DNA from: an uncultured Acidimicrobiales bacterium
GTDB taxonomy: Bacteria > Actinomycetota > Acidimicrobiia > Acidimicrobiales > SHLQ01
DNA length: 64,000 nucleotides
Reading direction: 5' to 3'
Assembly: GCA_938038785.1 (NCBI GenBank)
Contig: CALHTB010000021.1
Location: 6,279-70,278, forward strand
Shown: one piece after another, positions 47,868 through 57,171 of the stretch
Numbering within the stretch: position 1 is the first letter of the stretch
Layout: each line of letters begins with the position of its first letter
Position numbers and translations under genes: made by a program
The notes under the pieces: generated by a model
Told to the model about the DNA's origin: nothing
Databases searched by the model: none
The model's input: only the letters and a program-made list of their open reading frames with translations

Positions 47868-48239
47868 ATGAGGCGCAAGGAGACGCTGGCCGAACGACGT
47901 ATCCGTGAGGCCCGCGAACGCGGCTTGTTCGACGGCCTCGAAGGGACCGGCGAACCCATCTCGGATCTGCACATTGAGCGTCCTGCGGGCTGGTGGGCCA
48001 ACCGGCTGCTCAAAACCGAGCGCAGCAAGCTGAAGCGTTCGAACCTCGACCATACGATTCAGTCATCGATGGCTCAGATCTGGCGTTTGCCGAGCGAACT
48101 GGAGGTTCGCAAGCGGGTTGTCGAACTGAATGCGCTGATCCGCGACTACAACGTGGTCACCAATCTCGACCCACGGGATCTCCTTGATGCGACTGAAGTC
48201 GTTGCCACCTGGCGGCGTCTTGGTCTGGCCGGCACGTAG
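47868..48239 (+). CDS. DUF1992 (DnaJC28-like) protein
   Basis: AERRIREARERGLFDGLEGTGEPI signature. Confidence 0.7.
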   Translation: MRRKETLAERRIREARERGLFDGLEGTGEPISDLHIERPAGWWANRLLKTERSKLKRSNLDHTIQSSMAQIWRLPSELEVRKRVVELNALIRDYNVVTNLDPRDLLDATEVVATWRRLGLAGT

Positions 48240-48281
48240 ACCGCCCGCTCACGTCTTGACTTATCCTGTTCACTCTCGGGC

Positions 48282-48310
48282 AGGTTGGCCGTCGAGCAAA
48301 AGGCCAACCT
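48282..48310 (+). terminator. Perfect 9-bp stem hairpin after the DUF1992 gene
   Basis: AGGTTGGCC (48282-48290) pairs with GGCCAACCT (48302-48310) around an 11-nt loop. Weak T content downstream. Confidence 0.45.
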
Positions 48311-48337
48311 CTATTCGCCAGCGAGTCTCGCAACTTT

Positions 48338-48580
48338 GTGATGACACGGTGGATGGCCGCGGTTGCACTGTTCGCCGTCGGAGGCATCGTTCGGACGTTT
48401 CTTCGGGGCCCCATTGGAGATGCCTTGGACATTGCCGAAGTCGGCCTCAGTCCTGATGACGACTTCGATCTCTTTGTCTTCGATCTGCCGTTCGGCGTTC
48501 TGATCTTCGGGTCGTTGATTTTGGGATGGGTGATGAATCAGGGCGCTGCCGTCCAGGCCCAGACCGAGGACATCGTCTAG
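48338..48580 (+). CDS. Small two-TM membrane protein
   Basis: 80 aa. WMAAVALFAVGGIV and LPFGVLIFGSLILGWV helices. Stop overlaps the GTG of the next gene (TAGTG). Confidence 0.45.
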   Translation: MMTRWMAAVALFAVGGIVRTFLRGPIGDALDIAEVGLSPDDDFDLFVFDLPFGVLIFGSLILGWVMNQGAAVQAQTEDIV

Positions 48581-49050
48581 TGCCACCTGAGTCGGTTCCG
48601 GGATGGATCGTGGTTCATCTCGATGCACTACTGCGCGAGCGGAATATGACCGCGACCGAGCTCGCCGAGCGCATCGGCATCACTCAGGCGAACGTGTCGA
48701 TCTTGAAGACAGGCAAGGCCAAAGCAATACGGTTCACGACCCTCATGGCGATCTGTGACGTGCTCAGCTGTCAGCCCGGCGACCTTCTGTCGTTCGAACG
48801 TGATGGGTCGTCCAGTCCCCAAGACGGTTCGGCTCGCGTCGGCGGTGGAGGCGTGAAGTTACTCGATTCAGGAGATCGACCTGTCGCCGTCATCAAGGTA
48901 ATGAGGCAGCTCGGAGGTCTCGGACTACGAGAAGCAAAGGAGCTGGTCGAGGGGGCTCCTTGTGTTGTCTTGACCGGAATGGAGAAGGCCGACGCGTACT
49001 CGGCCATGGTGAAGTTGCGCTCGGCTGGCGCCACGGTGGAGCCGATGTAA
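48580..49050 (+). CDS. YozG-like XRE-family HTH regulator fused to a ribosomal protein L7/L12 C-terminal-like domain
   Basis: IVVHLDALLRERNMTATELAERIGITQANVSILKTGKAKAIRFTTLMAICDVLSCQPGDLLSFE is near-collinear with B. subtilis YozG. After a Gly/Ser linker, PVAVIKVMRQLGGLGLREAKELVEGAPCVVLTGMEKADAYSAMVKLRSAGATVE parallels the L7/L12 CTD ([26 protein letters not shown]...AEALKKALEEAGAEVE). Confidence 0.65.
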   Translation: MPPESVPGWIVVHLDALLRERNMTATELAERIGITQANVSILKTGKAKAIRFTTLMAICDVLSCQPGDLLSFERDGSSSPQDGSARVGGGGVKLLDSGDRPVAVIKVMRQLGGLGLREAKELVEGAPCVVLTGMEKADAYSAMVKLRSAGATVEPM

Positions 49051-49131
49051 GCGACATTTCTGCAAAACAAACTTGGGAACTTTTTCGGCGTTTGCTGCAA
49101 CCAACAGGCAAACCAAGAAAAAGGAGAAGTC

Positions 49132-50418
49132 ATGTTCAGCAGAAATACAGCTCAATCATCGAAAGTGGTAGCCCTTCTTTCAGCACTGGCAATGGTGGTT
49201 GCTCTACTCGCTACGGCTGCGCCAGCGGGGGCTCAAGACAACCCGTTGGAAGGTCTGGAGGAGTTTGGGTGCGAGTGGACGTCGGTTGTGGAGAATCGGC
49301 CGATTCGGTACGTGCAACCTGGGCAGACGTTTCGCGGTACCCCGGGCCGAGACATCATTGTCGGCACATCGGGAAATGACCGGATCATCGGACGCTCCGG
49401 AGATGATGTGATCTGTGGACGAGGTGGCAACGACACCATCAGCGGGGGTGACGGCGACGATCGCCTGCTCGGTGGCGGTGGTAACGACTTCCTTAGCGGC
49501 GGTGCCGGAGGCGACCACATCTTTGGCCGAACAGGCCACGACACCATCCGAGGCGGAGACGGAAGCGACACGATTGGGGGCGACGGAGGCTGGGACAAGC
49601 TGTTCGGCGAAAATGGCGATGACGACATCACCGGTGAGGCTGGCAACGACACCATTGAAGGTGGTTCAGGCAACGATGACATCATTGCGGGATCGGGCAA
49701 TGACACTGTGCGCGGAGGCACCGGCAACGACAGGATGGACGGCGGCGAGGGCAACGATTCTCTAGCAGGTGGTAGCGGCACCGACCGGGCCAACGGGGGT
49801 CCCGGCATCGATACGTGCAAGGCCGAGCGAGGGCTGAATGGGGAACCGCGCCCGACAAACTGTGAAGCGGCGAACGCCCAACAGTCCACCAGCACTCAAT
49901 CTCAGCAACCAACCTCGTCAGGCGTTCGCTTGGCAAAGCATCCGAACGCATCTGATGCCCACATGATTTATCCAGGTCAAGGAGTGCGTCGCTGGGTCGA
50001 CGCCAGCTGTCTCGGTCAGATTTACCAGGCACAGCTGCCGGTTGGGTCGTTCCAGAATTGGAACACCGAGGTGGCTATCTACTCGGCGAGCAACACAAAG
50101 TCATGCGGCGAGTACAAGGCAGACCTTGGCGGCTCATCGAGCAATTCACCAACGCCAAGCCAACCGTCGAACCCAAGCACGCCGAGCCAGCCGTCTGGCA
50201 GTGTCGGCGAGTTCGCGGCGGTTGCCGGAGACAATCATGAGGCGTGGATCTTGATGTCGGACGGCACCCGTCACTGGATCAACCAGTCGTGTCGCAATCA
50301 GCTCACCGCTGCGCTGGGAGCGCCGCGATACGTGTCCTACAACGCCGAGTTGCGTAACCGCTCCGACACCCCGGGCAGCAATCGTCTCAGCTGCGGCCAA
50401 TTGCAGGCACAGCTGTAA
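49132..50418 (+). CDS. Secreted calcium-binding RTX-repeat (hemolysin-type nonapeptide) protein with a duplicated Cys-containing C-terminal module
   Basis: AAAGGAG RBS. Sec signal MFSRNTAQSSKVVALLSALAMVVALLATAAPAGAQD. About 18 consecutive GxxGxDxxx nonapeptides. Two related roughly 60-aa modules (RRWVDASC...SCGEY and RHWINQSC...SCGQL) separated by a Ser/Pro linker. Confidence 0.8.
   Translation: MFSRNTAQSSKVVALLSALAMVVALLATAAPAGAQDNPLEGLEEFGCEWTSVVENRPIRYVQPGQTFRGTPGRDIIVGTSGNDRIIGRSGDDVICGRGGNDTISGGDGDDRLLGGGGNDFLSGGAGGDHIFGRTGHDTIRGGDGSDTIGGDGGWDKLFGENGDDDITGEAGNDTIEGGSGNDDIIAGSGNDTVRGGTGNDRMDGGEGNDSLAGGSGTDRANGGPGIDTCKAERGLNGEPRPTNCEAANAQQSTSTQSQQPTSSGVRLAKHPNASDAHMIYPGQGVRRWVDASCLGQIYQAQLPVGSFQNWNTEVAIYSASNTKSCGEYKADLGGSSSNSPTPSQPSNPSTPSQPSGSVGEFAAVAGDNHEAWILMSDGTRHWINQSCRNQLTAALGAPRYVSYNAELRNRSDTPGSNRLSCGQLQAQL
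49336..49821 (+). repeat. About 18 tandem 27-bp coding repeats (RTX nonapeptides)
   Basis: GTPGRDIIV GTSGNDRII GRSGDDVIC GRGGNDTIS GGDGDDRLL ... GGPGIDTCK read directly from the translation. Confidence 0.85.
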
Positions 50419-50432
50419 ACAGAAAAATGGTG

Positions 50433-50469
50433 GTCCGGCTGTCGGCATTCGACCTGTTGGCAGCCGGAC
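50433..50469 (+). terminator. Hairpin after the RTX gene
   Basis: GTCCGGCTG (50433-50441) pairs with CAGCCGGAC (50461-50469) around a 19-nt loop. No clear U-tract. Confidence 0.4.
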
Positions 50470-50561
50470 TCGCCCATGCATAGCGGCATCGACTTAAAGG
50501 CAGGTGCCAACCTTGCCAGTGACAACGGAATGATCTGTCAACGCCTCAGGGTTGGTTCGGC

Positions 50562-51359
50562 ATGCGATCTCCGGGACTTCCTGCACTCCTCACCGCCCTT
50601 GCGCTGCTCGCAGCCGCATGTTCGGCGACTTCCAACTCCGAATCCACCAGCGAGACGTCCGATCCCGAAACTACCGAGGCGCCAGCTGCGACCGTTCCAG
50701 CGACACCGCCTGCAATCGAAGCTGGTGGTACCGCCGTGGGCTTAGTCGAGATCGATGGCACCGAGATCGAGTACGTCACTTCGGTTCCCGCTGGATTCAG
50801 CATTGGCGACGAGGCGCCACTGCTACTCGCCTTCCCACCCGGAGGTCAAGATCTCAGGCTCACCCAATCGCTCGTTGAAGGAACCTACGCCCCCGAAGCC
50901 CAACGCCTCGGATGGGTCGTGGTGAGCCCAGCTGCCCCCGCCGGCGTGAAGTACTTCGATGGCAGCGAAGCGCTCGTGCCAGGCCTTCTCGACTGGGTCG
51001 AGACCTGGATCGCGCCCGAAGGCGGCGCTCCTCATGTCGCTGGCGTGAGCAACGGTGGCATCAGCTCGTTCCGGTACGCCGCGCAGAACCCCAATCGAGT
51101 TCGGTCGGTCATCAGCTTCCCCGGTTTCCCGCGATCATCGGGCGATCAAGAAGCACTTGCCGACCTGGTGGGTGTGCCGATCCGCATGTACGTCGGCGAG
51201 TCCGACACCAGCTGGATCCCGCCTGCCGAAGAGGCAGTTGCCTCCTTCACCGAAGCCGGCGGCGACATCGAACTCACCATCTTCCCGGGCGAAGGCCACG
51301 TGATGGCGTCGACCCGCGACGGCACGCTCATCTTTGAACAGCTCGAGTTGTTCCGCTAA
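50562..51359 (+). CDS. Lipoprotein alpha/beta hydrolase (esterase / PHB-depolymerase-like)
   Basis: Lipobox LLAAAC in MRSPGLPALLTALALLAAACSAT. GVSNGG nucleophile elbow. Confidence 0.7.
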   Translation: MRSPGLPALLTALALLAAACSATSNSESTSETSDPETTEAPAATVPATPPAIEAGGTAVGLVEIDGTEIEYVTSVPAGFSIGDEAPLLLAFPPGGQDLRLTQSLVEGTYAPEAQRLGWVVVSPAAPAGVKYFDGSEALVPGLLDWVETWIAPEGGAPHVAGVSNGGISSFRYAAQNPNRVRSVISFPGFPRSSGDQEALADLVGVPIRMYVGESDTSWIPPAEEAVASFTEAGGDIELTIFPGEGHVMASTRDGTLIFEQLELFR

Positions 51360-52258
51360 CGCGAGTTGATCTCGACGGCGCCGAGATCTCCAATGAACGG
51401 ATGCGCCTGCCTCAGGTCGAGGAGATGCCGTGCCGGGTGCATCGACAGCAGCTTTGCTGCACGCTCCCGATCGATCGTGTGGTTGCGATCTCGCTGGCAG
51501 GTTGTGCACCAGGCGGTTCGACGCTGCCACGGCGACTGTGATCCGGACATTTTCTTCACGTCCCCTCCGCACAGCGGGCAGTCACGACGCTTGATGTTCA
51601 GCATCCAATGTTCGGTCAGGTGGAGTCGGCGCCCGGTTGTGTTCTGCGGCCCTCGGACAGCGTTGGTCCGAATCAGCGCTGCGCCGATGGCGATGAGCGC
51701 ACCAACGTCGTCGACATCGCCAACCCGAGTGAAGGGTGAAACGCCACAAATGAACGGTGTGTCGACGGCATAGATATTGCCGAAGCCAGCGACGTTGCGC
51801 TGGTCGAGCAGCGCTGCGCTGAGGTGTCGACCTGGGTCTCGGCCGACCTTGGTCGTCGCAAGCTCAAGGTCGAGATCACCGCACAGGTCGGTGCCGAGAT
51901 GTCCGACGAAGTCATCCGTCGAGCTCGACGAAACGTGATGCAGGAGTGGAATGTCGATACCGACGACCGTCTCGCCCGTGTTGAACCTGATCTCGAAACG
52001 GCGACGCCACTCCTCAACCTCACGGGCACGCCCGAAGACGACCTTGCCCTGCATTAACAGATGTATGTGCAGCGCTTTGCCATCGTCGAAGTGAAGAAAG
52101 AGATGCTTGCCGTGGGAGCTGGTTTTGGTGAGCGTCGAACCGGTGAGGTCGACTGTCGCCAACCTGGGGTGGCGCACGATCATCGATTCGACCGTAGCCC
52201 CAGCCACACGCTCGCGAACTGAGGCTGCGAGCCGCGCAATAGTGTCTCCCTCAGGCAT
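51356..52258 (-). CDS. Fpg/Nei family DNA glycosylase (endonuclease VIII-like)
   Basis: MPEGDT N-terminus, H2TH region, and a C-terminal zinc finger CPLCGG...CTTCQ. Confidence 0.85.
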   Translation of the reverse strand: MPEGDTIARLAASVRERVAGATVESMIVRHPRLATVDLTGSTLTKTSSHGKHLFLHFDDGKALHIHLLMQGKVVFGRAREVEEWRRRFEIRFNTGETVVGIDIPLLHHVSSSSTDDFVGHLGTDLCGDLDLELATTKVGRDPGRHLSAALLDQRNVAGFGNIYAVDTPFICGVSPFTRVGDVDDVGALIAIGAALIRTNAVRGPQNTTGRRLHLTEHWMLNIKRRDCPLCGGDVKKMSGSQSPWQRRTAWCTTCQRDRNHTIDRERAAKLLSMHPARHLLDLRQAHPFIGDLGAVEINSR

Positions 52259-52352
52259 AGCGGGCCAGCGTCGTCATCGAGGTGAACCTATCGCTTCGCG
52301 CCTTTGGGCTACGGCTTGAGCCAGGAGCGAAACCGTCTGGCATGATCGGTAG

Positions 52353-53930
52353 ATGTCCACCTATGACGGAACCGTTCGAGCGAGCAGCCACATGGTGGCG
52401 AGTGCTGATCAGCTGGCCACAACCGCTGGCAATGCGATGTTCGCTGCAGGCGGAAACGCCGTCGACGCAGCCATCGCCACCAATGCGGTTATCACGGTCG
52501 TCGGGCCGCACCTGTGTGGCATGGGCGGAGACCTCTTTGCCCTCGTCTACGCCGGGGGCGAGGTGTTCTCGCTGAACTCGAGCGGCTGGGCCGGTTCGGG
52601 TGCATCGGCCGACGAGCTCCGCGCCGAGGGCCTGACCGAGATGCCTTACCGTCACGACATACGGTCGGTGACGGTGCCGGGGTGTGTTGATGGTTGGCTT
52701 GCGCTGCACGAGCGATTCGGCTCGTTGCCACTCATGCAGATTCTCGAGCCCGCCCAGCGTTTGGCCGCGAATGGCTTTCCTGCGGGGCCGCCGCTCACGG
52801 GCGGGTTGGCCTCGTTGGATGAAGCCAGCCGAGCACAACTCCATGAGATGGCGAACCAATCGAACAACGTCGGTGATCGCATCCGCCGGCCCGGTGTCGC
52901 GGCAGCGCTTGCGGGCATTGCCGAGTCTGGGCGCTCAGCGTTCTACGGCGGTGCCTTTGGAGCAGGGCTGATCGAGCTGGGGAAGGGCTTGTTCACTGAG
53001 GACGATCTCGCGACCCCGATCGCTCGATGGGAAGAGCCACTCACCACGACAGCGTTTGGCGTCGAACTGTCGACCGCAAGCCCGAACAGCCAGGGCTACC
53101 TCGCCTTGGCGGGCGCTCGGCTCGCCGAGCAGCTCGACCTTCCCGACGCCGACGATGCGCGGTGGGCCCACCTTCTCGCCGAAGCGGCCAAGGCGGCCGG
53201 GCGAGATCGTCCAACGCAGCTCTTCGAAGGCGCGGGCGGCTCGGCGATCATCGAGGAGATTGCAGGCCGCGTCGGTGAGATCGATGCGGACGTGGCGTCG
53301 ACCTCGCCCGCTCCGGGCCGCGATGGAGACACGACCTACCTCTGCACCGCCGGCAGGGGAGTCGACGGTCAAATGATGGCGGTCTCGCTCATCCAATCGA
53401 ATGCGGCCGGGTTCGGAAGCCACCTTGTCGAACAGAACACTGGCATCAACCTGCACAACCGTGGGCTTGGGTTCAATCTGACGCCCGGCCACCCGGCGGA
53501 AGTGGCACCCGGACGACGACCACCGCACACACTCGTACCAGCGATTGCCGTTCGCAATGGCGAGCTGTTGTCGGTGTTCGGAACGATGGGTGGTGACGCG
53601 CAACCGCAGATCTTGCTGCAGCTCATCGTGCGTATGTTTCATCACGAGCAAACGCCAGGCGTGGCGATCAACGCTGGACGTTGGGCGTTGCGCGGCGCGG
53701 CGACCGGGTTCGATGCTTGGGCAACACCACTCGATCTCCTGCTGGCCGTTGAGGGCCAGACGCCAGCTAGTTGGGACTCGGCTCTGGCCGATCGAGGTCA
53801 CCGCACCGAGCGGCTCGACGTCAACGACTCACGATTTGGGCACGCACACGCAATCGTGGTCGAACCAACCGGCATGCTCGCAGGCGCGGCCGATCCGCGA
53901 ACGATCATTGGCAGCTGCGCCGGCGGCTAA
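52353..53930 (+). CDS. ggt: Gamma-glutamyltransferase
   Basis: 525 aa. GGNAVDAAIA, the GDTTYL autoprocessing Thr block, and TMGGDAQPQ. Confidence 0.9.
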   Translation: MSTYDGTVRASSHMVASADQLATTAGNAMFAAGGNAVDAAIATNAVITVVGPHLCGMGGDLFALVYAGGEVFSLNSSGWAGSGASADELRAEGLTEMPYRHDIRSVTVPGCVDGWLALHERFGSLPLMQILEPAQRLAANGFPAGPPLTGGLASLDEASRAQLHEMANQSNNVGDRIRRPGVAAALAGIAESGRSAFYGGAFGAGLIELGKGLFTEDDLATPIARWEEPLTTTAFGVELSTASPNSQGYLALAGARLAEQLDLPDADDARWAHLLAEAAKAAGRDRPTQLFEGAGGSAIIEEIAGRVGEIDADVASTSPAPGRDGDTTYLCTAGRGVDGQMMAVSLIQSNAAGFGSHLVEQNTGINLHNRGLGFNLTPGHPAEVAPGRRPPHTLVPAIAVRNGELLSVFGTMGGDAQPQILLQLIVRMFHHEQTPGVAINAGRWALRGAATGFDAWATPLDLLLAVEGQTPASWDSALADRGHRTERLDVNDSRFGHAHAIVVEPTGMLAGAADPRTIIGSCAGG

Positions 53931-54952
53931 ACACCGCTCAGGCTCGTCGAAGCGACACGAGCCGAGACCCGAGCGAAGACCTCAGCGGTGGTCGCAAAAT
54001 CATCCTCGTCGTGGGGAATGTCGAGGATGAGCGTGCGGTGACCGCGAGCCCAATACGACGTGAGCTCGGCTGCCACTTCATCGAAGTCACCAACGAGGTA
54101 CGGACAGAACGTGTTGTAGTTCTGGAACGGGCCAAGCCAATACGCGTTGCCTCCAGCTGCCGACTCGTCGGCGAGCTTCGACAGGGTGGCGTGCCATTGG
54201 GAGTCTGACTTTGCCATCGCCATCTCATGGAGCATCTCGCCCCGGCGATCAGGCGGGAACCGTTCGTGGGCGATGCGCCAGGCGTCTTCGCTTCGCTCTC
54301 GGGCAATGATGCCAACACGTATCCCGGTGGCGGTCCCAGTGGCCGGCGCGGTTGTCTCCTGGCCAGCTGGCTCCGGATACTGAATCGCAGTCGCTCCCAA
54401 GACGCTGGCCGTTGCTAGCCCTGCATCCGATGAGCCCGACATGAGTAAGCCGGGTTGTAGCTCGACCGGCATTGGAGGGGCAAGCTTCAAGGTGTTCGCG
54501 GTGTACCACTCGCCCTCTACCGAAACCGTCTCACCGGCCGTCAAACCAAGAACGATTTCGGTGAACTCTCGCAGCCGGTCGTATCTGCGATCGTGTGGCG
54601 TGGTATCACCGATCGATTCCAGGTCGCCGCGAAATCCGCCAGCGATCATGTTCAGATGCACGCGCCGCTCGTAGAGATGGGCAATGGACGACAACATCTT
54701 GGCAACTCCGTATGGAGGCATTGCCGTTGGCTGCACCGCAACGAGTGGCGACACTGACGTCGTCGCCTTGATGATCTCCGTTGCGACTAACCAAGGGTCG
54801 ATCAAGCTGTGGTCGTAGTAGACGAGAATGCCGTCGTAGTCGTAGTCCTGACACCAACCTGAGATTTTCCGTACACGGCCGAGATAGTCGGGTCGGTCGA
54901 TCTTGCTTGACTGAGGGCAGGTCGAGAAGACCTCGAATCGCTCCATGCTCAT
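53927..54952 (-). CDS. LLM-class (luciferase-like) flavin-dependent oxidoreductase
   Basis: 342 aa from ATG 54952 (MSMERFEVFSTCPQS...YDGILVYYDH...). TIM-barrel LLM pattern similar to the SsuD/SfnG group. ATGA overlap with the upstream stop. The long N-terminal extension in the track is rejected. Confidence 0.75.
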   Translation of the reverse strand: MSMERFEVFSTCPQSSKIDRPDYLGRVRKISGWCQDYDYDGILVYYDHSLIDPWLVATEIIKATTSVSPLVAVQPTAMPPYGVAKMLSSIAHLYERRVHLNMIAGGFRGDLESIGDTTPHDRRYDRLREFTEIVLGLTAGETVSVEGEWYTANTLKLAPPMPVELQPGLLMSGSSDAGLATASVLGATAIQYPEPAGQETTAPATGTATGIRVGIIARERSEDAWRIAHERFPPDRRGEMLHEMAMAKSDSQWHATLSKLADESAAGGNAYWLGPFQNYNTFCPYLVGDFDEVAAELTSYWARGHRTLILDIPHDEDDFATTAEVFARVSARVASTSLSGV

Positions 54953-55818
54953 ACCATTACCTTTCGTGCCTTGATGACGTCGATCCATCGATCTCGGGCG
55001 GACACCGAGATCATTCCGTTCTCGTTGCGTAGATGCCCCGGCGACGCGTCCGACTCGTCGCCAATCGCGACTTCGATCAGGTCGAAGAGCTCTCCGTCGA
55101 TCCGTGCTCGAGGGACGGTCCAAGGGCTTGTGAATGGACGGAAGTCGGCGGCGCGGACGTGGGCGTCGATCTCCGATGCCGGGGCTGCCCAGTCGATCAT
55201 CCCTTCGTTGGGCTGTCCTCGTCCGAAATACTGCCGGCGCGTCAACTCTTGAGGCGTATGTGGAACAGAGCCAGGGTCCTCCGCAAGCTGATCGAGCAAC
55301 GCAGCGACGAGCCGCAACCCACGGCTGGCGCACTCCGCCGACAGTGAGAGGCCGGTCGCGTTGTCACGAATCGAGAATCGATCCTCGTAGGTGAGATGAC
55401 CAGCGTCGTACTCCGGCGTCATTTGATGGAGGCTCACGCCGTACTCTCGCCACCCAAGCGCCACCGCCCAGCTAGGAGCATTGATCCCCGCCGCTTCGGG
55501 CAGCGGTCCCGGGTGCAGATTCCACGCCCCCACTTCGAAGACATCAAGAACCTCGGTGCACACCTTCGGAAGCGAGTGCACATTGAGCAAGACGTCAGGA
55601 GCCGCTGCCTCAACCACACGAGCGGAGTCGGGTCGGCTCAACTCGCGGGCGTCCATCAAGGGCACAGCCATGTCGCTGGCAATGGAGCGCATCGCAGTCC
55701 CAGCGTCAGTCGGTGACGTCGCCACCAACACCAGTTCATGCTCTGAACGCTCGATCAACCTGAGGGCTCGCTGACCAGCGGACTCATCGGCGGCGAGGAT
55801 GATTCGCAATCCGCTCAC
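54949..55818 (-). CDS. Formyltransferase (Fmt/PurN-fold with C-terminal Fmt-like domain)
   Basis: LLNVHSLPK...NLHPGPLPEAAGINAPSWAVALG...HQMTPEYDAGHL preserves the N...H...D catalytic pattern of N10-formyl-THF transferases. GTG start overlaps the upstream stop (GTGA). Confidence 0.7.
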   Translation of the reverse strand: MSGLRIILAADESAGQRALRLIERSEHELVLVATSPTDAGTAMRSIASDMAVPLMDARELSRPDSARVVEAAAPDVLLNVHSLPKVCTEVLDVFEVGAWNLHPGPLPEAAGINAPSWAVALGWREYGVSLHQMTPEYDAGHLTYEDRFSIRDNATGLSLSAECASRGLRLVAALLDQLAEDPGSVPHTPQELTRRQYFGRGQPNEGMIDWAAPASEIDAHVRAADFRPFTSPWTVPRARIDGELFDLIEVAIGDESDASPGHLRNENGMISVSARDRWIDVIKARKVMV

Positions 55819-56927
55819 CGTGGTACCGCCGACACGGGGTTGATGAGGAACTCACCTTCGAGCGGGCTGAGCAATGCACGTCCCTGCTGGAAGCAATCGA
55901 GCAACTTTGGCTTCGACGTGTGAATCGAGGTCGCCTCAGACGAGGTCACGGTGCACCCGAGGTCGCTCGCCGGGTAGATCAGGTCGAGGGGCAAGCGGCC
56001 TTCGACTATCACTGCGTTATTGATCTGGGCTTGCGTTAGTGCTTGCAGCAGCACCGTCCGTCGATGCGCGTCGACGGCCATCATCTGAACGACTTCGGCG
56101 TGACCGAACTCGTTGATGTCCATGATGTACCAGCCGAGGGTGCGACCCCGAGGGTTGAGGACCGCATGGGCGATGATCGAGCTATTCGGCCTGCTTCGCT
56201 CGATCAATCTCCAGGTGTGTTCGAGATGACCGATGTCGGAGAAGTCGGGGTGCAGATCGGCGGCGGTGAGCATGTTCGACAGGTTGTCGGCGACATGTTC
56301 GGTCGTAAGCTCCTCGATCGAGATGCCACGGGGACTCTCCGGAAGTTCTGCATGCAATGATCGTCGAAGAAGTCGCCCGGCCAAACGTTCCCCTTGCTGG
56401 GCCACGTCGGTCGCCCGGCTAATGGAGATGCGCGTGCGGCTTGCAAGTTGCTGACTCCGCGCCGTACCTCGTTGAAGAACCTTCCGCCATCGCAGGCTTG
56501 AGGCCGGGAGTTGTTCAAAACCAGCGGCTTGAAGTGCGACGCGCCCAGCAGTGTTCGAACGGTCCACGAACACAAGATCTTGCGGTCCCTCGATGACAGC
56601 ACGAAGAAGATGTACTGCGGCCAGCGACGACCGGGCATTCGGGTCGACCATCAAGTGAGAAGTTGAGGCGGACCACAAACGTTCACCGCTGAAGACCACC
56701 GGCTGACAGCCCACGAGCACAAACCCGTGCACGTCACCGTCTTGTTCGAAGACCAGTGACGGGCTGGCGTGGGCAGAGTATCGGTGGTTGAGGATCAGCT
56801 CCGGCACCTTGACGGTGTACCCCCGAACGACCTCGTCGACCGTGTTGCCAATATGGCCTTGGGCGTTGAGGTGTACCTGCGCCATCTGCTCAAGGTCGGC
56901 TTCACGGACCGCTCGAACTTCACCCAT
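55815..56927 (-). CDS. Protein of unknown function with GNAT-like N-terminal half
   Basis: 370 aa. VRAVREADLEQMAQVH...VHGFVLVG...HLMVDPNARSSLAAVHLLRAVIEG looks like a divergent GNAT fold. The C-terminal half is unassigned. Confidence 0.4.
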   Translation of the reverse strand: MGEVRAVREADLEQMAQVHLNAQGHIGNTVDEVVRGYTVKVPELILNHRYSAHASPSLVFEQDGDVHGFVLVGCQPVVFSGERLWSASTSHLMVDPNARSSLAAVHLLRAVIEGPQDLVFVDRSNTAGRVALQAAGFEQLPASSLRWRKVLQRGTARSQQLASRTRISISRATDVAQQGERLAGRLLRRSLHAELPESPRGISIEELTTEHVADNLSNMLTAADLHPDFSDIGHLEHTWRLIERSRPNSSIIAHAVLNPRGRTLGWYIMDINEFGHAEVVQMMAVDAHRRTVLLQALTQAQINNAVIVEGRLPLDLIYPASDLGCTVTSSEATSIHTSKPKLLDCFQQGRALLSPLEGEFLINPVSAVPR

Positions 56928-57171
56928 TGGTCACCTCGGAAGACGCGAGCAACTCCCCGAACGCTTTCGTCATGCGCCGTGGCGTGCGCAGATCGTCCAG
57001 GTTCAGATCGCCCACGGTCAGCTTCTGGCCCGTTCGTTGCTCGACTGCCAGCAGCAGCTCGACGAAGCGCAGCGAATCGAGCTCGCCGGTGTCGATGAGG
57101 TCGTGGTCGGGGCTATCGATGAGCAGAAAGAGCTCGTCTTCGAGGATTTCGATAATGGTCTCGAGGGTCAT
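56920..57171 (-). CDS. Stand-alone carrier protein (PCP / DltC-like)
   Basis: 83 aa. DTGELDSLRFVELLLAVE contains the DSL phosphopantetheine-attachment motif. ATGA overlap with the adenylation gene. Confidence 0.75.
   Translation of the reverse strand: MTLETIIEILEDELFLLIDSPDHDLIDTGELDSLRFVELLLAVEQRTGQKLTVGDLNLDDLRTPRRMTKAFGELLASSEVTNG

Noticed and set aside
49336-49821. Regularly spaced 27-bp repeats considered as a possible CRISPR-like array
   Set aside because: The units are contiguous with no spacers. They are in frame and encode canonical GGxGxDxxx RTX nonapeptides inside a long ORF. The 24-bp repeats at 6673-6744 and the 13-bp repeats at 39821-39859 likewise lack spacers.
54953-55333. 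N-terminal 126-codon extension of the LLM ORF (468-aa version)
   Set aside because: It overlaps the formyltransferase gene in another frame and is Arg/Pro-rich. The ATG at 54952 gives the ATGA coupling and a typical LLM N-terminus.
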